DNA of 64,000 nt from an uncultured candidate division Zixibacteria bacterium (lineage in GTDB: Bacteria; Zixibacteria; MSB-5A5; RBG-16-43-9): NCBI GenBank assembly GCA_963713865.1, contig OY970208.1, forward strand, positions 2,176,001 to 2,240,000. Reading direction: 5' to 3'. The notes below the pieces were generated by a model, which was not told the origin of the DNA, did no database searches, and saw only the letters and a list, made by a program, of their open reading frames with translations. Shown piece after piece: positions 38,716-50,187 of this stretch (position 1 is its first letter; every line of letters begins with the position of its first letter). The position numbers and the translations under genes were made by a program.

Positions 38716-39874
38716 TTATTTCTCAAACATCTGTAATTGACTTACTTTACTCTTCTCAATCGCCCTTTTAACCACCTCTTCCATAGAAGAAGTTGCTGGA
38801 AGATTTATCTCTTCTAATATCTTTCTAGCCCTATCCTCATTCGTTCCGGTTAACCTGACCACAATCGGGACCCTGGGTTTGAACTCTTTAAGTGCTGCCA
38901 CAATCCCGGTTGCCACGTCATCACAACGCGTGATTCCTCCGAAAATGTTGAATAGAATCGCCTTCACATTCGGATCCCGGGTGATAATCCTCATTGCAGT
39001 CATAACTTTATCCGGGCTGGAGCTTCCGCCGATATCCAGGAAATTTGCCGGCTCAGCCCCGAAATACTTGACTAAATCCATGGTCGCCATAGCCAGTCCA
39101 GCACCATTGACCACACATCCGATATTCCCGTCTAATTTAACAAAAGACAAACCCATCTGCCGGGCTTCGTTTTCGCCCGGCTCTTCCGAATCCAGATCCC
39201 TCATAGCCTCGATTCCCGGATGTCTTTCCAGACCGTTATCATCTATATTTATCTTAGCATCCAAAGCCCAGACCTCACCTTCTGGCGTGGTGATAAATGG
39301 ATTTATCTCTGCCAGAGAACAGTCATTCTCCCAGAAAACTTTATATAGTTTCATTATCACCGGCGTGGTCATATTTGCGATTTTCGAATCAGAATAGAGC
39401 TTATAAGCTAAATTCCGTGCTTGATATGCTTGAAGCCCCAGAATCGGATCAATTTCTAATTTGAAAATCTTCTCCGGGGTCTTCTTAGCCACCTCTTCGA
39501 TATCGATACCGCCTGCTGGAGAGACCATAATAACCGGTTTCTTAGTCCTTCGGTCCACGATTATCCCGATATATGCTTCTGAGGCGATATTTTTGCTTTC
39601 CGTTACTAAAACCTTTTTGACTTTCAGTCCTTTGATATCCATCCCTAAGATATTTTTAGCTTTCTCAAAAGCCTCTTCCGGATTCTCCGCAGATTTTTAT
39701 CCCACCCGCCTTCCCCCTACCGCCAACGTGTACCTGAGACTTAATCATCACCGGTTTGCCAATCTTTTGAGCAATCTCCTTTGCCTGCTCCGGCGTTGTC
39801 GCCATCTCCCCCGGCGGCACCGGGATACCATATTTAAGGAAGATTTCCTTAGCTTGGTATTCGTGTATTTTCAT
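38716..39874 (-). pseudogene. sucC: Succinyl-CoA synthetase beta subunit split by one extra base (real frameshift or sequence error)
   Basis: MKIHEYQAK...[10 protein letters not shown]; removing one base of the 5-nt run at 39694-39698 continues [22 protein letters not shown]...NGAGLAMATMD, NFLDIGG, NIFGGI; 385 aa. Confidence 0.9.
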
Positions 39875-40250
39875 TCTTTACTCCTTGAAACAAGGTTAAA
39901 TTTTGCGTGCAATTTACGTGCAAATATCGTGCAACCGATCAGGGTAATAATTTTAGTTAATGAAGTTCTTTTTAGTTTTATACTAATTTATTTTCTTCTT
40001 ACTCTTCTTGAAAAAATTTATTTTTTTCACAAAGATCATAGAAAAGTTCAAATCATTATAAAAAATTTATCTTGAAATTGCAAATGAAATTTGCCAAAAA
40101 AGTAGAGACGCATAGAATGCATCTCTGATTATATTACCCGCTTTGAGGGCAAGGCGGGGCTACCGGTGAAGAAATAGGATATGACTAAGAGTAGACCCAC
40201 AGCTTGCCCGCAGGGTTGCCCTCAACGTGGGTCAAACATATAATTCAAAT

Positions 40251-40314
40251 CCCCTCTCCCTAACCCTCTCCCACAAGCCGATAATTGCTTTACGGCTCGT
40301 AGAGGGGAGAGGGA
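40251..40314. repeat. CCCTCTCCC...GGGAGAGGG palindromic element
   Basis: Similar elements at about 53095-53136 and 55758-55812. Confidence 0.7.
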
Positions 40315-40337
40315 ATTGTGCACAATGAATTGGGCAA

Positions 40338-41708
40338 CTACAAAAGCTTATGCTTCTTCAAAAACTCTTCTGCTTCTTTTATTAGCAAACCCTCCTGATT
40401 GAATTCCGGCTCATCCAGGACTTTTTCTAAGAGGTGATTTAAGACTTTACCAATGGCAGGTCCGGGAGAAAGTCCAAATTTCTCCATAATCATATTCCCG
40501 TTTATCTTTAAATCCTTCACACTGAAAGGCGGTTTTCTTTCCAGCTCCTCTTTAATCCATTTTTCAAACTCATCCACGTCTTTTCCATCCGCGCCTTTTC
40601 CCTGAGCGACAATATCAGCCCTTCTCACTTCCAATAGCTCAAAAATATGTTCAGGCGTAACTTTGCGAATCAATCTTCTCAAACCTTTATCTGTTACCCC
40701 CATAGCGAACATATGCTTATCCACTAACAGTGTAACTGTGGCGATGACCTCATTGGAGTATCTTAATCTTTGAAGTATATGTTTTGTCACCCTTGCCCCT
40801 TTTTTCTCATGTCCGTAAAAAGTAGCACCATCTTCTGTCAAGGCTTTTGCCTGGGGTTTGAAGATGTCGTGAAAAAGACAAGCTAAGCGGATAACCAAAT
40901 CCATTGGGGCATTGTCAATGGTTAAAAGCGAGTGCTCGAAAACATCATATTCATGATAACCACCCGGTTGCTCCACACTGACACAAGCTTCCAGCTCCGG
41001 CAAAATCTCTTTTAATAATCCGGTCTTATGCATCAGCCTGAAGCCTATGCTTGGATATTTTGCTTTAGTTAATAATTTATTCAGTTCCTCCTGAATCCTT
41101 TCAGCAGAAATTGTATTTATCAATTGTGCATTCTCGCAAAGGCTTTTGTAAGTATCTTTTTCTATCTCGAATTCAAACCTTGCCGCAAACTGAACTCCCC
41201 GGAGCATCCTCAGAGGGTCATCTTTAAAAGAATTCGGATTAGTTATCCGGATAAGTCTATTTTTTATGTCTTTTTTACCATTCAGAGGGTCTATCAATTT
41301 TTTAGTTTCCAGGTCATAAGCCATCGCATTTATCGTAAAATCCCTTCTCGAAAGGTCATCTTCCACTTTGAGATTATGGTCAAAATCCACCTTGAAATCT
41401 TTATGCCCTACTCCGGTACTGTATTCTTTTCGCGGCAGGGCAATATCAAAGGTCTTTATCTCTTCTCCTGAGAATTTTTTATGCGGGGAAAACTTTATTA
41501 CGCCAAACGACTTCCCAACTAAATCGACCTTCCCGAATTTAGAAAGAAGTGCACAGAGCTCATCCATTGGAACACCGCAGACCAGATAATCTGTATCCAT
41601 ATCCGATAAAACCGGAGAGATAATCCTGTCCCTCACCACCCCACCCACCTCATATATCCTCCCCTTTTTGAGAATTTCGTCTGTGATTACTTCATTCAAT
41701 CTGGACAT
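40338..41708 (-). CDS. tRNA nucleotidyltransferase (CCA-adding/poly(A) polymerase family) with HD domain
   Basis: VGGVVRD, DTD, DLSRRDFTINAMA, DDPLRMLR, SAERI, DVFEHS, FHDI; start probably ATG 41708. Confidence 0.92.
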   Translation of the reverse strand: MSRLNEVITDEILKKGRIYEVGGVVRDRIISPVLSDMDTDYLVCGVPMDELCALLSKFGKVDLVGKSFGVIKFSPHKKFSGEEIKTFDIALPRKEYSTGVGHKDFKVDFDHNLKVEDDLSRRDFTINAMAYDLETKKLIDPLNGKKDIKNRLIRITNPNSFKDDPLRMLRGVQFAARFEFEIEKDTYKSLCENAQLINTISAERIQEELNKLLTKAKYPSIGFRLMHKTGLLKEILPELEACVSVEQPGGYHEYDVFEHSLLTIDNAPMDLVIRLACLFHDIFKPQAKALTEDGATFYGHEKKGARVTKHILQRLRYSNEVIATVTLLVDKHMFAMGVTDKGLRRLIRKVTPEHIFELLEVRRADIVAQGKGADGKDVDEFEKWIKEELERKPPFSVKDLKINGNMIMEKFGLSPGPAIGKVLNHLLEKVLDEPEFNQEGLLIKEAEEFLKKHKLL

Positions 41709-41729
41709 AATTTCTATTCTGCCTGCTCC

Positions 41730-41830
41730 TGTCATTCTGAAGGAGTCCCGCTAAAAAGCGGGACGACTGAAGAATCTTCGCTTTAGATGGATTCAGATTC
41801 TTCCCCCGCCAAAGGCGGGGTCAGAATGAC
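41730..41830. repeat. TGTCATTCTGA-family element with two mini-palindromes
   Basis: tgtcattctgaaggagtc-ccgctaaaaagcgg-gacgactgaagaatct...agattcttc-ccccgccaaaggcgggg-tcagaatgac. Confidence 0.85.
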
Positions 41831-41890
41831 CTTTGATCTCAAAATTACAACAGGATACTATTAAATCTGTCTTCTTCAGTCTTGATTGAA

Positions 41891-43460
41891 TCACTGGACT
41901 AACTGTATCTTAATCCTTTGACCAGCGACACCAAAGTAACCTGATCTGGAATATTTCAGTTTAAAACTCTTACTAAATATTTCCAGGTTTTTAAATTGAT
42001 AGGGAGGCTGTTCTGCAAGTTTAACCGGCTCCCCATCCAGTGAGATCGAATCTATCTCTGGAACAAAAAATACCACCTTTTTTTTCTTCACATTCCAATC
42101 GTTCTCTTCATACAAACCAGCATCATGCAGCTCCAAAAAAAGGTTGTTGTTCTTAAGAACATAAACGTCATAATGGCTGCGAAGTTCCCGTGTACCTTTA
42201 TCCATAATCCAGTTCCTGACAGAGGAAGAACGGGATCGTGATAAATTTTGGGAAGACAAATCTACTTCTATGCGATAACCCGGTTGGGATTCAAACCGCA
42301 TCAGCTCCTGATCGAATCCATCCTGATATTCCAGAATGAGCCTGTTAGTGGATACAAGTACCTTTTCGTAACCATATCTGTTTTTTGCTTTTATTAAAAG
42401 ATTTTCTAATTCCCCTTCATTTATTTTAAGATGATTTCTAAAAAGCTGGGCAGATGTGAACTCCGGACCAGCTTTTTGAGCTTCACTTTTCCAGTCGATC
42501 TTGAAGTAGTCTAACAAGAACCCCTGTGCACTTCCGACTGGATAGATTCTGTTGCGGGGCATATCCTCAGGTGAAACCGAGTTTCCTCTCATTCGCTCCT
42601 GAAAATCTTTTAGGAGATATTCAGGCATGGAAACTGAAGAAAAATCTTTCAGCAGCGAGCCTGTCAAATTATCGAGTGACGATCTGTATTTCAGCTGCTT
42701 CATAAGAGCAATGCTCTTAAGCTCCACATATTTGGCCGTTCCCTCATTGATCTCCTGCCCCTGCTCATATCTTGCCACAAAAGGTTCGCTTTGCTTCCAG
42801 CGCTGATCTCGAACCGCCACAAACTGCTTTACATATTCACGGCATTTATTTTCATCATCCGCCTTCGCCATCTTTAATGCATCCATCAACGATTTCATCT
42901 CCAGATAAGCAAGCGCTGTATTCTCCGCATCTTGAACCGGATATTTTTCTTCCCGCTCCCAGGGGATTTCACCAAAAGCAGGATGTTTACCATATTGTTG
43001 ATATTCATGAAAGTTCTCGTGAACCAAAAATGCGAAAAGCTCTACTGCAGATTTCTCAGTATAAGGAACTGCTGCCACATCCACTGTATCAATAGCAAGG
43101 TCAAAAGCAAGCTGTCCGGCTAAATCTTTATACTTCCCCGGATGAAATTGCACGTTCGTTCCAAGGTCAGGCCAATCTGCTGGATAAGATGTGAAACCTT
43201 CTGTTTCCTTTGAGTAGTTGAACAGGAGCACCCATTTTTCGGGCATATAAAAGATAAATGGTCTCTGGTCAAAGTTAAACCCGGGCCAGAACAGAGTCCG
43301 GGAACTGCTTGAACAATTGAATAACGTCTTCGCAGACTTTTAAAGCGGTATAGTCATTATCAGATAACTTGTCAATTTTAAAATCCTCCGTCAAAAGAGG
43401 TGAATAAATAAACAAAATGTATAAAAAAGCAACCAATGAGAATCTGATAATTTTTTTCAT
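41891..43460 (-). pseudogene. Secreted HEXXH (gluzincin-like) metallopeptidase split by one extra base
   Basis: Signal peptide MKKIIRFSLVAFLY...; removing one base near 43290 joins FPDSV to WPGFNFDQRPFIFYMPEKW; HENFH and INEGTAKY motifs; 522 aa. Confidence 0.75.
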
Positions 43461-43589
43461 TGTTATTTCGATAAACCTGTAATGATTTTTTTCGTAGTGC
43501 GACCCTTTCAGGGTCGCTGAAACCAAGTTGAAAGCTTTTTTAGCAAGGCTGAAGCCTTGCCCAACGCTCTTCAATCTGTTAAAGAGATT

Positions 43590-44840
43590 CTAAAACTGTT
43601 CTAAACTCCGTTTTATAATATCCCGACTCTCCTGGATTTGCGTTTCATTGATAACCAGGGGAGGAGCGAAGCGAATAATATCGTTATGAGTAGGTTTTGC
43701 CAGTAATCCGTTTTCAGCCAACTTCAGACAAACATCCCAAGCGGTTTTGGTCTCACCCTTTACGGTAATTGGTTCAATTACCAACGCATTAAGCAATCCC
43801 TTACCGCGAACGGTTTTGATCAAAGGAGAATTGAGTTTCATCAGCCCCTCTCTGAAAATCTTCCCCATTTTAGAAGCATTCTCTGCTAGATTTTCTTCAA
43901 TTAAGATTTCGATAGCCTCCATCGCAATCCGGCAGGCTAAAGGATTCCCACCAAAAGTAGAGCCGTGCTGACCTGGTTTAATGTTTAACATAATTTCGTC
44001 ATCAGCTAAAACAGCAGAAACAGGCATAAAACCACCAGATAAGGCTTTGCCCAGAATTAAAATATCCGGTCTAATATCTTCATACTCACAACAGAGCATT
44101 TTGCCAGTCCGACATAGACCGGTTTGAATTTCATCCGCAATCAAAAGGACACCAGTTTCTGTGCAAATTTTTCGACAGGTTTTAAGGTAACCATCTTCAG
44201 GCACATGAACACCAGCTTCCCCCTGGATCGGCTCTACCAGAAAAGCGACTGTGTTGTTATCTATAACTGAGCGAAGCGCTTCAGGATCATCAAAAGGAAT
44301 CTTGACAAAACCAGGAGTAAAAGGACCATAACCACCATAGCTTTCCGGATCAGTTGAAAAACCAACGATGGTGATAGTCCGTCCATGAAAGTTGTTTTCA
44401 CAGATGATAATCTTTGCCTGATTGGAAAGCACTCTCTTTTTATCATAACCCCAGCGTCGGGCTAACTTGAGAGCAGTTTCAACCGCCTCAGCTCCGGAAT
44501 TCATCGGGAGTAATTTATCATAGCCGAATAGCTTGGTCATCTTCTCTTCATAGGGTCCAAGCCAGTTATTGTAAAAAGCGCGAGAGGTTAAAGTCAAAAT
44601 GCCGGCTTGCTCCTGGATGATTTTCACCAAACGCGGATGGCAGTGCCCCTGATTTACCGCCGAGTAAGCCGAAAGGAAATCATAATAACGTTTCCCCTCA
44701 GGACTAAAAAGATATACCCCCTCGCCCTTAGCCAGAACCACCGGAAGCGGATGGTAGTTGTGTGCGCCATACTTATTTTCAAGCTCCATAGCTTCTTGAG
44801 AAGTAATATTTGCATATTTCAACTGTTTTGACTTTGCCAT
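43590..44840 (-). CDS. rocD: Ornithine-oxo-acid aminotransferase
   Basis: [54 protein letters not shown]. Confidence 0.96.
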   Translation of the reverse strand: MAKSKQLKYANITSQEAMELENKYGAHNYHPLPVVLAKGEGVYLFSPEGKRYYDFLSAYSAVNQGHCHPRLVKIIQEQAGILTLTSRAFYNNWLGPYEEKMTKLFGYDKLLPMNSGAEAVETALKLARRWGYDKKRVLSNQAKIIICENNFHGRTITIVGFSTDPESYGGYGPFTPGFVKIPFDDPEALRSVIDNNTVAFLVEPIQGEAGVHVPEDGYLKTCRKICTETGVLLIADEIQTGLCRTGKMLCCEYEDIRPDILILGKALSGGFMPVSAVLADDEIMLNIKPGQHGSTFGGNPLACRIAMEAIEILIEENLAENASKMGKIFREGLMKLNSPLIKTVRGKGLLNALVIEPITVKGETKTAWDVCLKLAENGLLAKPTHNDIIRFAPPLVINETQIQESRDIIKRSLEQF

Positions 44841-45107
44841 CTTACTTTCCTCCTGTTGTCAGATTCAAATAACCTGGTTTTATCGTAATGCGACTCCGCA
44901 CTTCGTCAGGCATAAAGCCCGACGCTACATTATTCGTGACCGTCATCCACCTAAGGTGGATTGACCTGCCTGAAATTTTTTGTAGGGGCGAGGTTACCTC
45001 GCCCCGGGTTTGGGCAGGGGAACCCACCCCTACAATTATATTACCGCAAGGCTAATGCCTTGTCCTACACTTTTTCACTTGCCTTTGAACTTTTGAACAA
45101 TTGAACT

Positions 45108-46052
45108 TTAAACTATTATTCTGGTACCTGCTTTCCTTTTGACCGAATCATAAGCTTTGGGAATCGAAGTGATGATAACCTCTTTGCCACCTGATTCTAA
45201 GAATTGAATTGCAGATTCGATTTTAGGACCCATACTCCCTTCTGGAAAATGCCCTTCTTTTAGATATTTTTTAGCCTCCTCTAAAGTCATCTTATCCAGC
45301 TCTTTTTGATTAGGTGTGCCATAATTCAAAGCTACTTTCTCCACTTCAGTCAAAATCAAGAGTAACTCTGCACCTATGTCCCGGGCTAAGACAGCTGAGG
45401 CTCTATCCTTATCGATAACCGCATCCAACCCTTCCAGGGTTCCATCCTCTCGTCTGAACACTGGGACTCCACCACCGCCTGCTGCTATAACTATGAACCC
45501 TTTTTCTACTAAACTTTTAATAGAATCCTTCTCCACTATCTCTAAGGGAATGGGTGAGGGTACTACCCTTCTCCAACCTCTATTTGCATCCTTTTTTACA
45601 ATCCAGCTTCGCTCTTTTGCAAAATTTTCAGCTTCTTTTTTAGTATAAAATTGTCCTACAAATTTCGAAGGATTTTTTGTAGAAGTATCCTCTTTATTTA
45701 CAACAACCTGAGTGACCATAGTAGCAACTTCACGGTGAATATTCTCCTGCTTTAATTTATTTCTCAGGCATTGTTCGATCATATAACCCATTCCACCCTC
45801 AGTATCCGCCACACAGATATATATGGGAAGATAAGGTGCTTTCCCGCGGGCTAATTCTACCCGGTAAATGACATTCCCTACCTGTGGACCATTCCCGTGA
45901 GTAATAGCTAAATTAAAACCATCTTTTATCAGTTCAACTACACCGGATAAACTCTGGGTCGTATTTCTGAACTGGTTTTCAATGGTATCCTCTTGCTCTT
46001 TTCGGGTAATCGCATTCCCGCCCAGAGCCACAACTGCAGTTTTTCTTCTCAT
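45108..46052 (-). CDS. arcC: Carbamate kinase
   Basis: ALGGNAI, THGNGPQVG, WRRVVPSP, GGGGVPV, AVIDKD, GSMGPKI. Confidence 0.96.
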   Translation of the reverse strand: MRRKTAVVALGGNAITRKEQEDTIENQFRNTTQSLSGVVELIKDGFNLAITHGNGPQVGNVIYRVELARGKAPYLPIYICVADTEGGMGYMIEQCLRNKLKQENIHREVATMVTQVVVNKEDTSTKNPSKFVGQFYTKKEAENFAKERSWIVKKDANRGWRRVVPSPIPLEIVEKDSIKSLVEKGFIVIAAGGGGVPVFRREDGTLEGLDAVIDKDRASAVLARDIGAELLLILTEVEKVALNYGTPNQKELDKMTLEEAKKYLKEGHFPEGSMGPKIESAIQFLESGGKEVIITSIPKAYDSVKRKAGTRIIV

Positions 46053-46201
46053 TTTATAACCTGATTACGAATTTCGTAGGGACGAGGTTTCCTCGCCCTC
46101 TTCTTATAATGGATTGGGAGCGGGGGAAGCCCGCCCCTATAAAATACTCAATGGGCAGAACAATGTTCTGTCCCTACACCCTGTCTCCTATCTACTCTCA
46201 A

Positions 46202-47527
46202 CTACCTACTATCTTTTACAAATTTACCCAATACTTCTCTCAGATCCGGCTTGCCAATCTCCTGTAATTCGTATCTAACCCTGACCGAAGGTTTATTTAT
46301 TTTTAGAATCCTGCCCAAATCTATCGGAGTAGCAATTACCACTGCATCGCACTTTACTGAATTTATCACCCTCTGCAATTCACCTATTTGCTTTTTACTA
46401 TACCCCATGGCCGGAAGGAGTGTGCCAATATGTGGATATTTTCTATAGACCTCTTTTAATGACCCCACAGCATAAGGTCTGGGATCGATTATCTCCTTAG
46501 CACCAAATTTCTCCGCGGCTACAATTCCGGCTCCGAAGCTCATCTCGCCATGAGTTAAAGTGGGTCCATCCTCTATCACTAAAACTTCCTTATCTCTAAT
46601 AAGCTCAGGTTTATCTAAGAAGATAGGGGAAGCCGCTTCGATGATTATCCCTTTTGGATTTGCATCTTTGATATTCTGTCTGACCTCTTCGATATTCTCC
46701 AGGCTGGCTGAATCGATTTTGTTAATCACCAAAACATCTGCAGAGATCAGATTGCTCTCCCCCGGGAAATAGGTGATCTCATCCCCGGGCCTTAAAGGAT
46801 CGAGTACCGTTATATACAGGTCAGGAAAATAGAAAGGTAAATCGTTATTCCCTCCATCCCAAACTAAGATATCTGCTTCCTTTTCAGCTTCTCTTAATAT
46901 TATCCCATAATCCACGCCTGCATAAACAATGTTACCTCTCTCAATATGAGGCTCATACTCTTCCCTTTCTTCAATCGTGCATTTATATTTATCTAAGTCA
47001 GAGATTTTTGAGAACCTCTGGCAGACCTGCTCAGACAAATTACCATAGGGCATAGGATGACGAATCACTGCTGTTTTTTTGCCATACTCTTTTAAGATTT
47101 CACAAACCTTACGGGTGGTCTGACTTTTTCCACTACCCGTACGGGCGGCACATACTGCTATAACCGGCTTCTTTGACTTAAGCATAGTGCTTTTTTTACC
47201 AAGGAGCCCAAAATCTGCACCTGCGGATATAACCTGAGAAGCTTTATGCATAATATATTCATACGAGACGTCACTGTAGGAAAAAACCGCTTCGTCGATC
47301 TTATGTTTTTTGATAAGCCCCATCAGATTTTCCTCGGACCAGATAGGAATCCCTTTGGAGTACAATTTGCCGGCTAATTTCGGGGGATATTTTCGACCCT
47401 CGATATCTGGAATTTGAGTAGCGGTGAAAGCCACTACCTCATACTGAGAATTATCCCGGTAAACCAAATTGAAATTATGAAAATCCCTTCCTGCTGCTCC
47501 CATTATAAGAACTTTTCTCTTACTCAT
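46202..47527 (-). CDS. arcE: Arginine synthetase-like P-loop protein (cyclic 2,3-diphosphoglycerate synthetase/'GTPase' family)
   Basis: GAAGRDFHNFN, AFTATQIP, RTGSGKSQT, RHPMPYG, TIEEREEYEPH, WDGGNND, EDGPTLTHG; directly upstream of arcC. Confidence 0.8.
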   Translation of the reverse strand: MSKRKVLIMGAAGRDFHNFNLVYRDNSQYEVVAFTATQIPDIEGRKYPPKLAGKLYSKGIPIWSEENLMGLIKKHKIDEAVFSYSDVSYEYIMHKASQVISAGADFGLLGKKSTMLKSKKPVIAVCAARTGSGKSQTTRKVCEILKEYGKKTAVIRHPMPYGNLSEQVCQRFSKISDLDKYKCTIEEREEYEPHIERGNIVYAGVDYGIILREAEKEADILVWDGGNNDLPFYFPDLYITVLDPLRPGDEITYFPGESNLISADVLVINKIDSASLENIEEVRQNIKDANPKGIIIEAASPIFLDKPELIRDKEVLVIEDGPTLTHGEMSFGAGIVAAEKFGAKEIIDPRPYAVGSLKEVYRKYPHIGTLLPAMGYSKKQIGELQRVINSVKCDAVVIATPIDLGRILKINKPSVRVRYELQEIGKPDLREVLGKFVKDSR

Positions 47528-47624
47528 AAACTCCCTTTGTTACTGATTCGCACTCGGTATATAAATTTTTAGGGGTGGGCAAATTGCCCACCCTCTTTTT
47601 TAAAACTCGAAAATTTAAAAACTT

Positions 47625-49118
47625 CTACTGTACGTCGATCTGCGCTTTTTGAAGCTTTCCACTGAAGTCAATATAAATAGCTTTCCATTCGGAAAAAACA
47701 TCTAAAGCCGCCACGCCTGCTTCTCTATGTCCATTTCCAGTCTGATTGGTTCCACCGAATGGTAGATGCACTTCTGCTCCAATGGTAGAAGCATTCACAT
47801 AGAATATTCCGGTATAAACATCCCTCATCGCTACAAAAGCTTTATTCACATCCTGAGTATAAATCGAAGCAGAAAGACCATAGATCGTTCCGTTGCAGAT
47901 CTCAATTGCCTGCTCTAAACTATCACAGGGTATAACCGATACAACCGGCCCGAAAATCTCCTCCTGGGCAATCCTCATCTTGGAATCGACCTCTCCGAAA
48001 ATAGTTGGTTCATGGAAATATCCATACTGATAGTTACCAGAGGCCAATCTGTTCCCTCCACACATAAGTTTAGCACCTTCATCTTTTCCTATTTTTACAT
48101 ATTCCATTACCGTATTGAGCTGACCCTCGTTAATTGAAGGTCCCATCTCTACTGAGGAATCAAGGCCATTGCCCACTATCAGAGTCTTAGCCCGTGCCAC
48201 GAATCTATCGATGAATTCTTTATAAACTTTTCTATGAACAATCACCCTGGAGGCGGCAGTACATCTCTGTCCTGTTGTTCCGAACCCTCCCCAGACCGCA
48301 CCCTCAACTGCTAAATCTATCTTGGCATCGTCCATCACCATAATCCCGTTCTTGCCACCCATCTCCAGATGGACATGTTTGAAGCTTGGAGCACAGACCT
48401 CAGATACGGTCCTGCCAATCTCGGTTGAGCCAGTAAAAGTGACCAATTTGACATCTGATGATTTCATCAAAGGCATTCCCACTTCTGAGCCGGAGCCGGT
48501 GATTAAATTTACCACTCCTTTAGGTATCCCGGCTTCCTCACAGGCTTTAACTAAATTATAGGCCGATAGAGGAGTATCAGTTGCAGGTTTGAAAACCACG
48601 GTATTACCGAGGACCAAAGCTGGCATAAGTTTCCAGGAAGGGATTGCCATTGGAAAATTCCAGGGGGTTATAAGAGCGCATACTCCCATCGGTTGACGGA
48701 TTGACATATTAAACTTATTGGGAAGCTCAGAAGGGGTTGTTTGTCCGAACTGTCTTCTCCCTTCACCTGCCATATAATAGGTCATATCAATCGCTTCCTG
48801 AACATCACCTCTGGTTTCCTTCAATACTTTCCCCATCTCCTGGGTCATCTGCTTGGCAAAATCTTCTTTTCTTCTTACCAGGAGCTCACCCAATCTGAAT
48901 AACATCTCAGCCCTTTTTGGAGCAGGGACTAACCTCCATTTCTTATGGGCTTCTTTAGCTGAATCGATAGCTCTTTTTACATCTTGTTCATTCGACTTCT
49001 GGAAAATACCTAATACCTCTCTGGTATCAGCTGGATTTCTGTTCTCAAAGGTTCTCTTGGTAACAGAATCCACCCATTCACCGTTTATATAATTTTTGTA
49101 AATTTTAGGTTCAGGCAT
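47625..49118 (-). CDS. NAD(P)-dependent aldehyde dehydrogenase
   Basis: [37 protein letters not shown]. Confidence 0.95.
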   Translation of the reverse strand: MPEPKIYKNYINGEWVDSVTKRTFENRNPADTREVLGIFQKSNEQDVKRAIDSAKEAHKKWRLVPAPKRAEMLFRLGELLVRRKEDFAKQMTQEMGKVLKETRGDVQEAIDMTYYMAGEGRRQFGQTTPSELPNKFNMSIRQPMGVCALITPWNFPMAIPSWKLMPALVLGNTVVFKPATDTPLSAYNLVKACEEAGIPKGVVNLITGSGSEVGMPLMKSSDVKLVTFTGSTEIGRTVSEVCAPSFKHVHLEMGGKNGIMVMDDAKIDLAVEGAVWGGFGTTGQRCTAASRVIVHRKVYKEFIDRFVARAKTLIVGNGLDSSVEMGPSINEGQLNTVMEYVKIGKDEGAKLMCGGNRLASGNYQYGYFHEPTIFGEVDSKMRIAQEEIFGPVVSVIPCDSLEQAIEICNGTIYGLSASIYTQDVNKAFVAMRDVYTGIFYVNASTIGAEVHLPFGGTNQTGNGHREAGVAALDVFSEWKAIYIDFSGKLQKAQIDVQ

Positions 49119-49201
49119 AAATGACCTCCTTCGAATTTTAGATTTTTAATATAGGTATTTCTACAATCTCTGTCAACTGATTTTAATGGATTTACCCCTG
49201 C

Positions 49202-49309
49202 TGTCATTGCGAGGAGTTATCCCGCTCCTGGCGGGGAACGACGAAGCAATCTGTTTCTTACAGCGTAAACGAATTGCTTCGTCTCGCCTTCGGCAGACCC
49301 GCTATAACA
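49202..49309. repeat. TGTCATTGCGA-family element (degenerate)
   Basis: tgtcattgcgagg...gaagcaat...attgcttcgtc...cgctataaca. Confidence 0.75.
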
Positions 49310-49330
49310 TTGACCATGTATAGACGAGCC

Positions 49331-50107
49331 TTAAGGAATATCTATATTCAGACCATCAAAAGCGAATATTAGATTCTCACAATTAAAATCTTTTGCTCTT
49401 TTAATTATCCAATCTTTTTTTCTTTCGACCTCCTCAGGAATATGGGTCATTATGGTTGATTTCACCTTTTTTCTGCCGATTAACGCTAAAAGTTCTTCTA
49501 CCTCTATATGTGTGCTTTCACAGATGAGGAGATCTATACCTTCGATTAAACTCTCGATATCATTTTTATCTGCAATATCACTGGTATAGACAATCTTTTT
49601 ATCATTAGATTCTATAAGAACACAATAGCTTTCCATTTTATTGGGAAGGCTTTCTTCTAAGATAAACTCTTTATTAGAAAAGAGATGCTGATTCAGATGA
49701 GCCTTTAAGATTATGTTTTCATCTCTAAATTCAAATCCCGGAGAAATCGGTTTGAGATCAAATCTAACTTTTAGTTTCTCTTTAAAGAGGTATAAACAAT
49801 CGAACATATTCTCAAACCAGAATAACCTTTCTTCAGGCAGATAAATACACAAATTTTCTTTTCTCTCTAAAAGGTGCATCATCTGAACCAGCATAAAGAT
49901 TCCAACCGAGTGATCTGCGTGGGTATGCGTTATAAAAACCTCTTTGATTTTATCGGGATTAACTTTATGTCGTAAAAACGCGGAGGCACATCCCTCACCT
50001 GCATCCAGGAGATATGATTTTTTCTCAGTCTCAATCAAAATCGAAGAGCAAGCCCTATCCGGTTCTGGCATACCAGAGGATGAGCCTAAGATAATTATCC
50101 TGTTCAT
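49331..50107 (-). CDS. Metallo-beta-lactamase fold hydrolase, RNase Z-like
   Basis: LGSSSGMP, LDAGEG, THTHADH, YTSD, ICEST, MTH. Confidence 0.85.
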   Translation of the reverse strand: MNRIIILGSSSGMPEPDRACSSILIETEKKSYLLDAGEGCASAFLRHKVNPDKIKEVFITHTHADHSVGIFMLVQMMHLLERKENLCIYLPEERLFWFENMFDCLYLFKEKLKVRFDLKPISPGFEFRDENIILKAHLNQHLFSNKEFILEESLPNKMESYCVLIESNDKKIVYTSDIADKNDIESLIEGIDLLICESTHIEVEELLALIGRKKVKSTIMTHIPEEVERKKDWIIKRAKDFNCENLIFAFDGLNIDIP

Positions 50108-50187
50108 AATTTGATTATTTTTTATAAACGATAAACCCACCTGCCTTAAAGGTGGATTTATTATCCCGATTTGAGGGCAAGTCGGGA

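Noticed and set aside
39690-39700. Programmed ribosomal frameshift in sucC
   Set aside because: It would need a +1 shift on a 5-A run with no evident stimulator, and two similar single-base breaks nearby favour an indel error.
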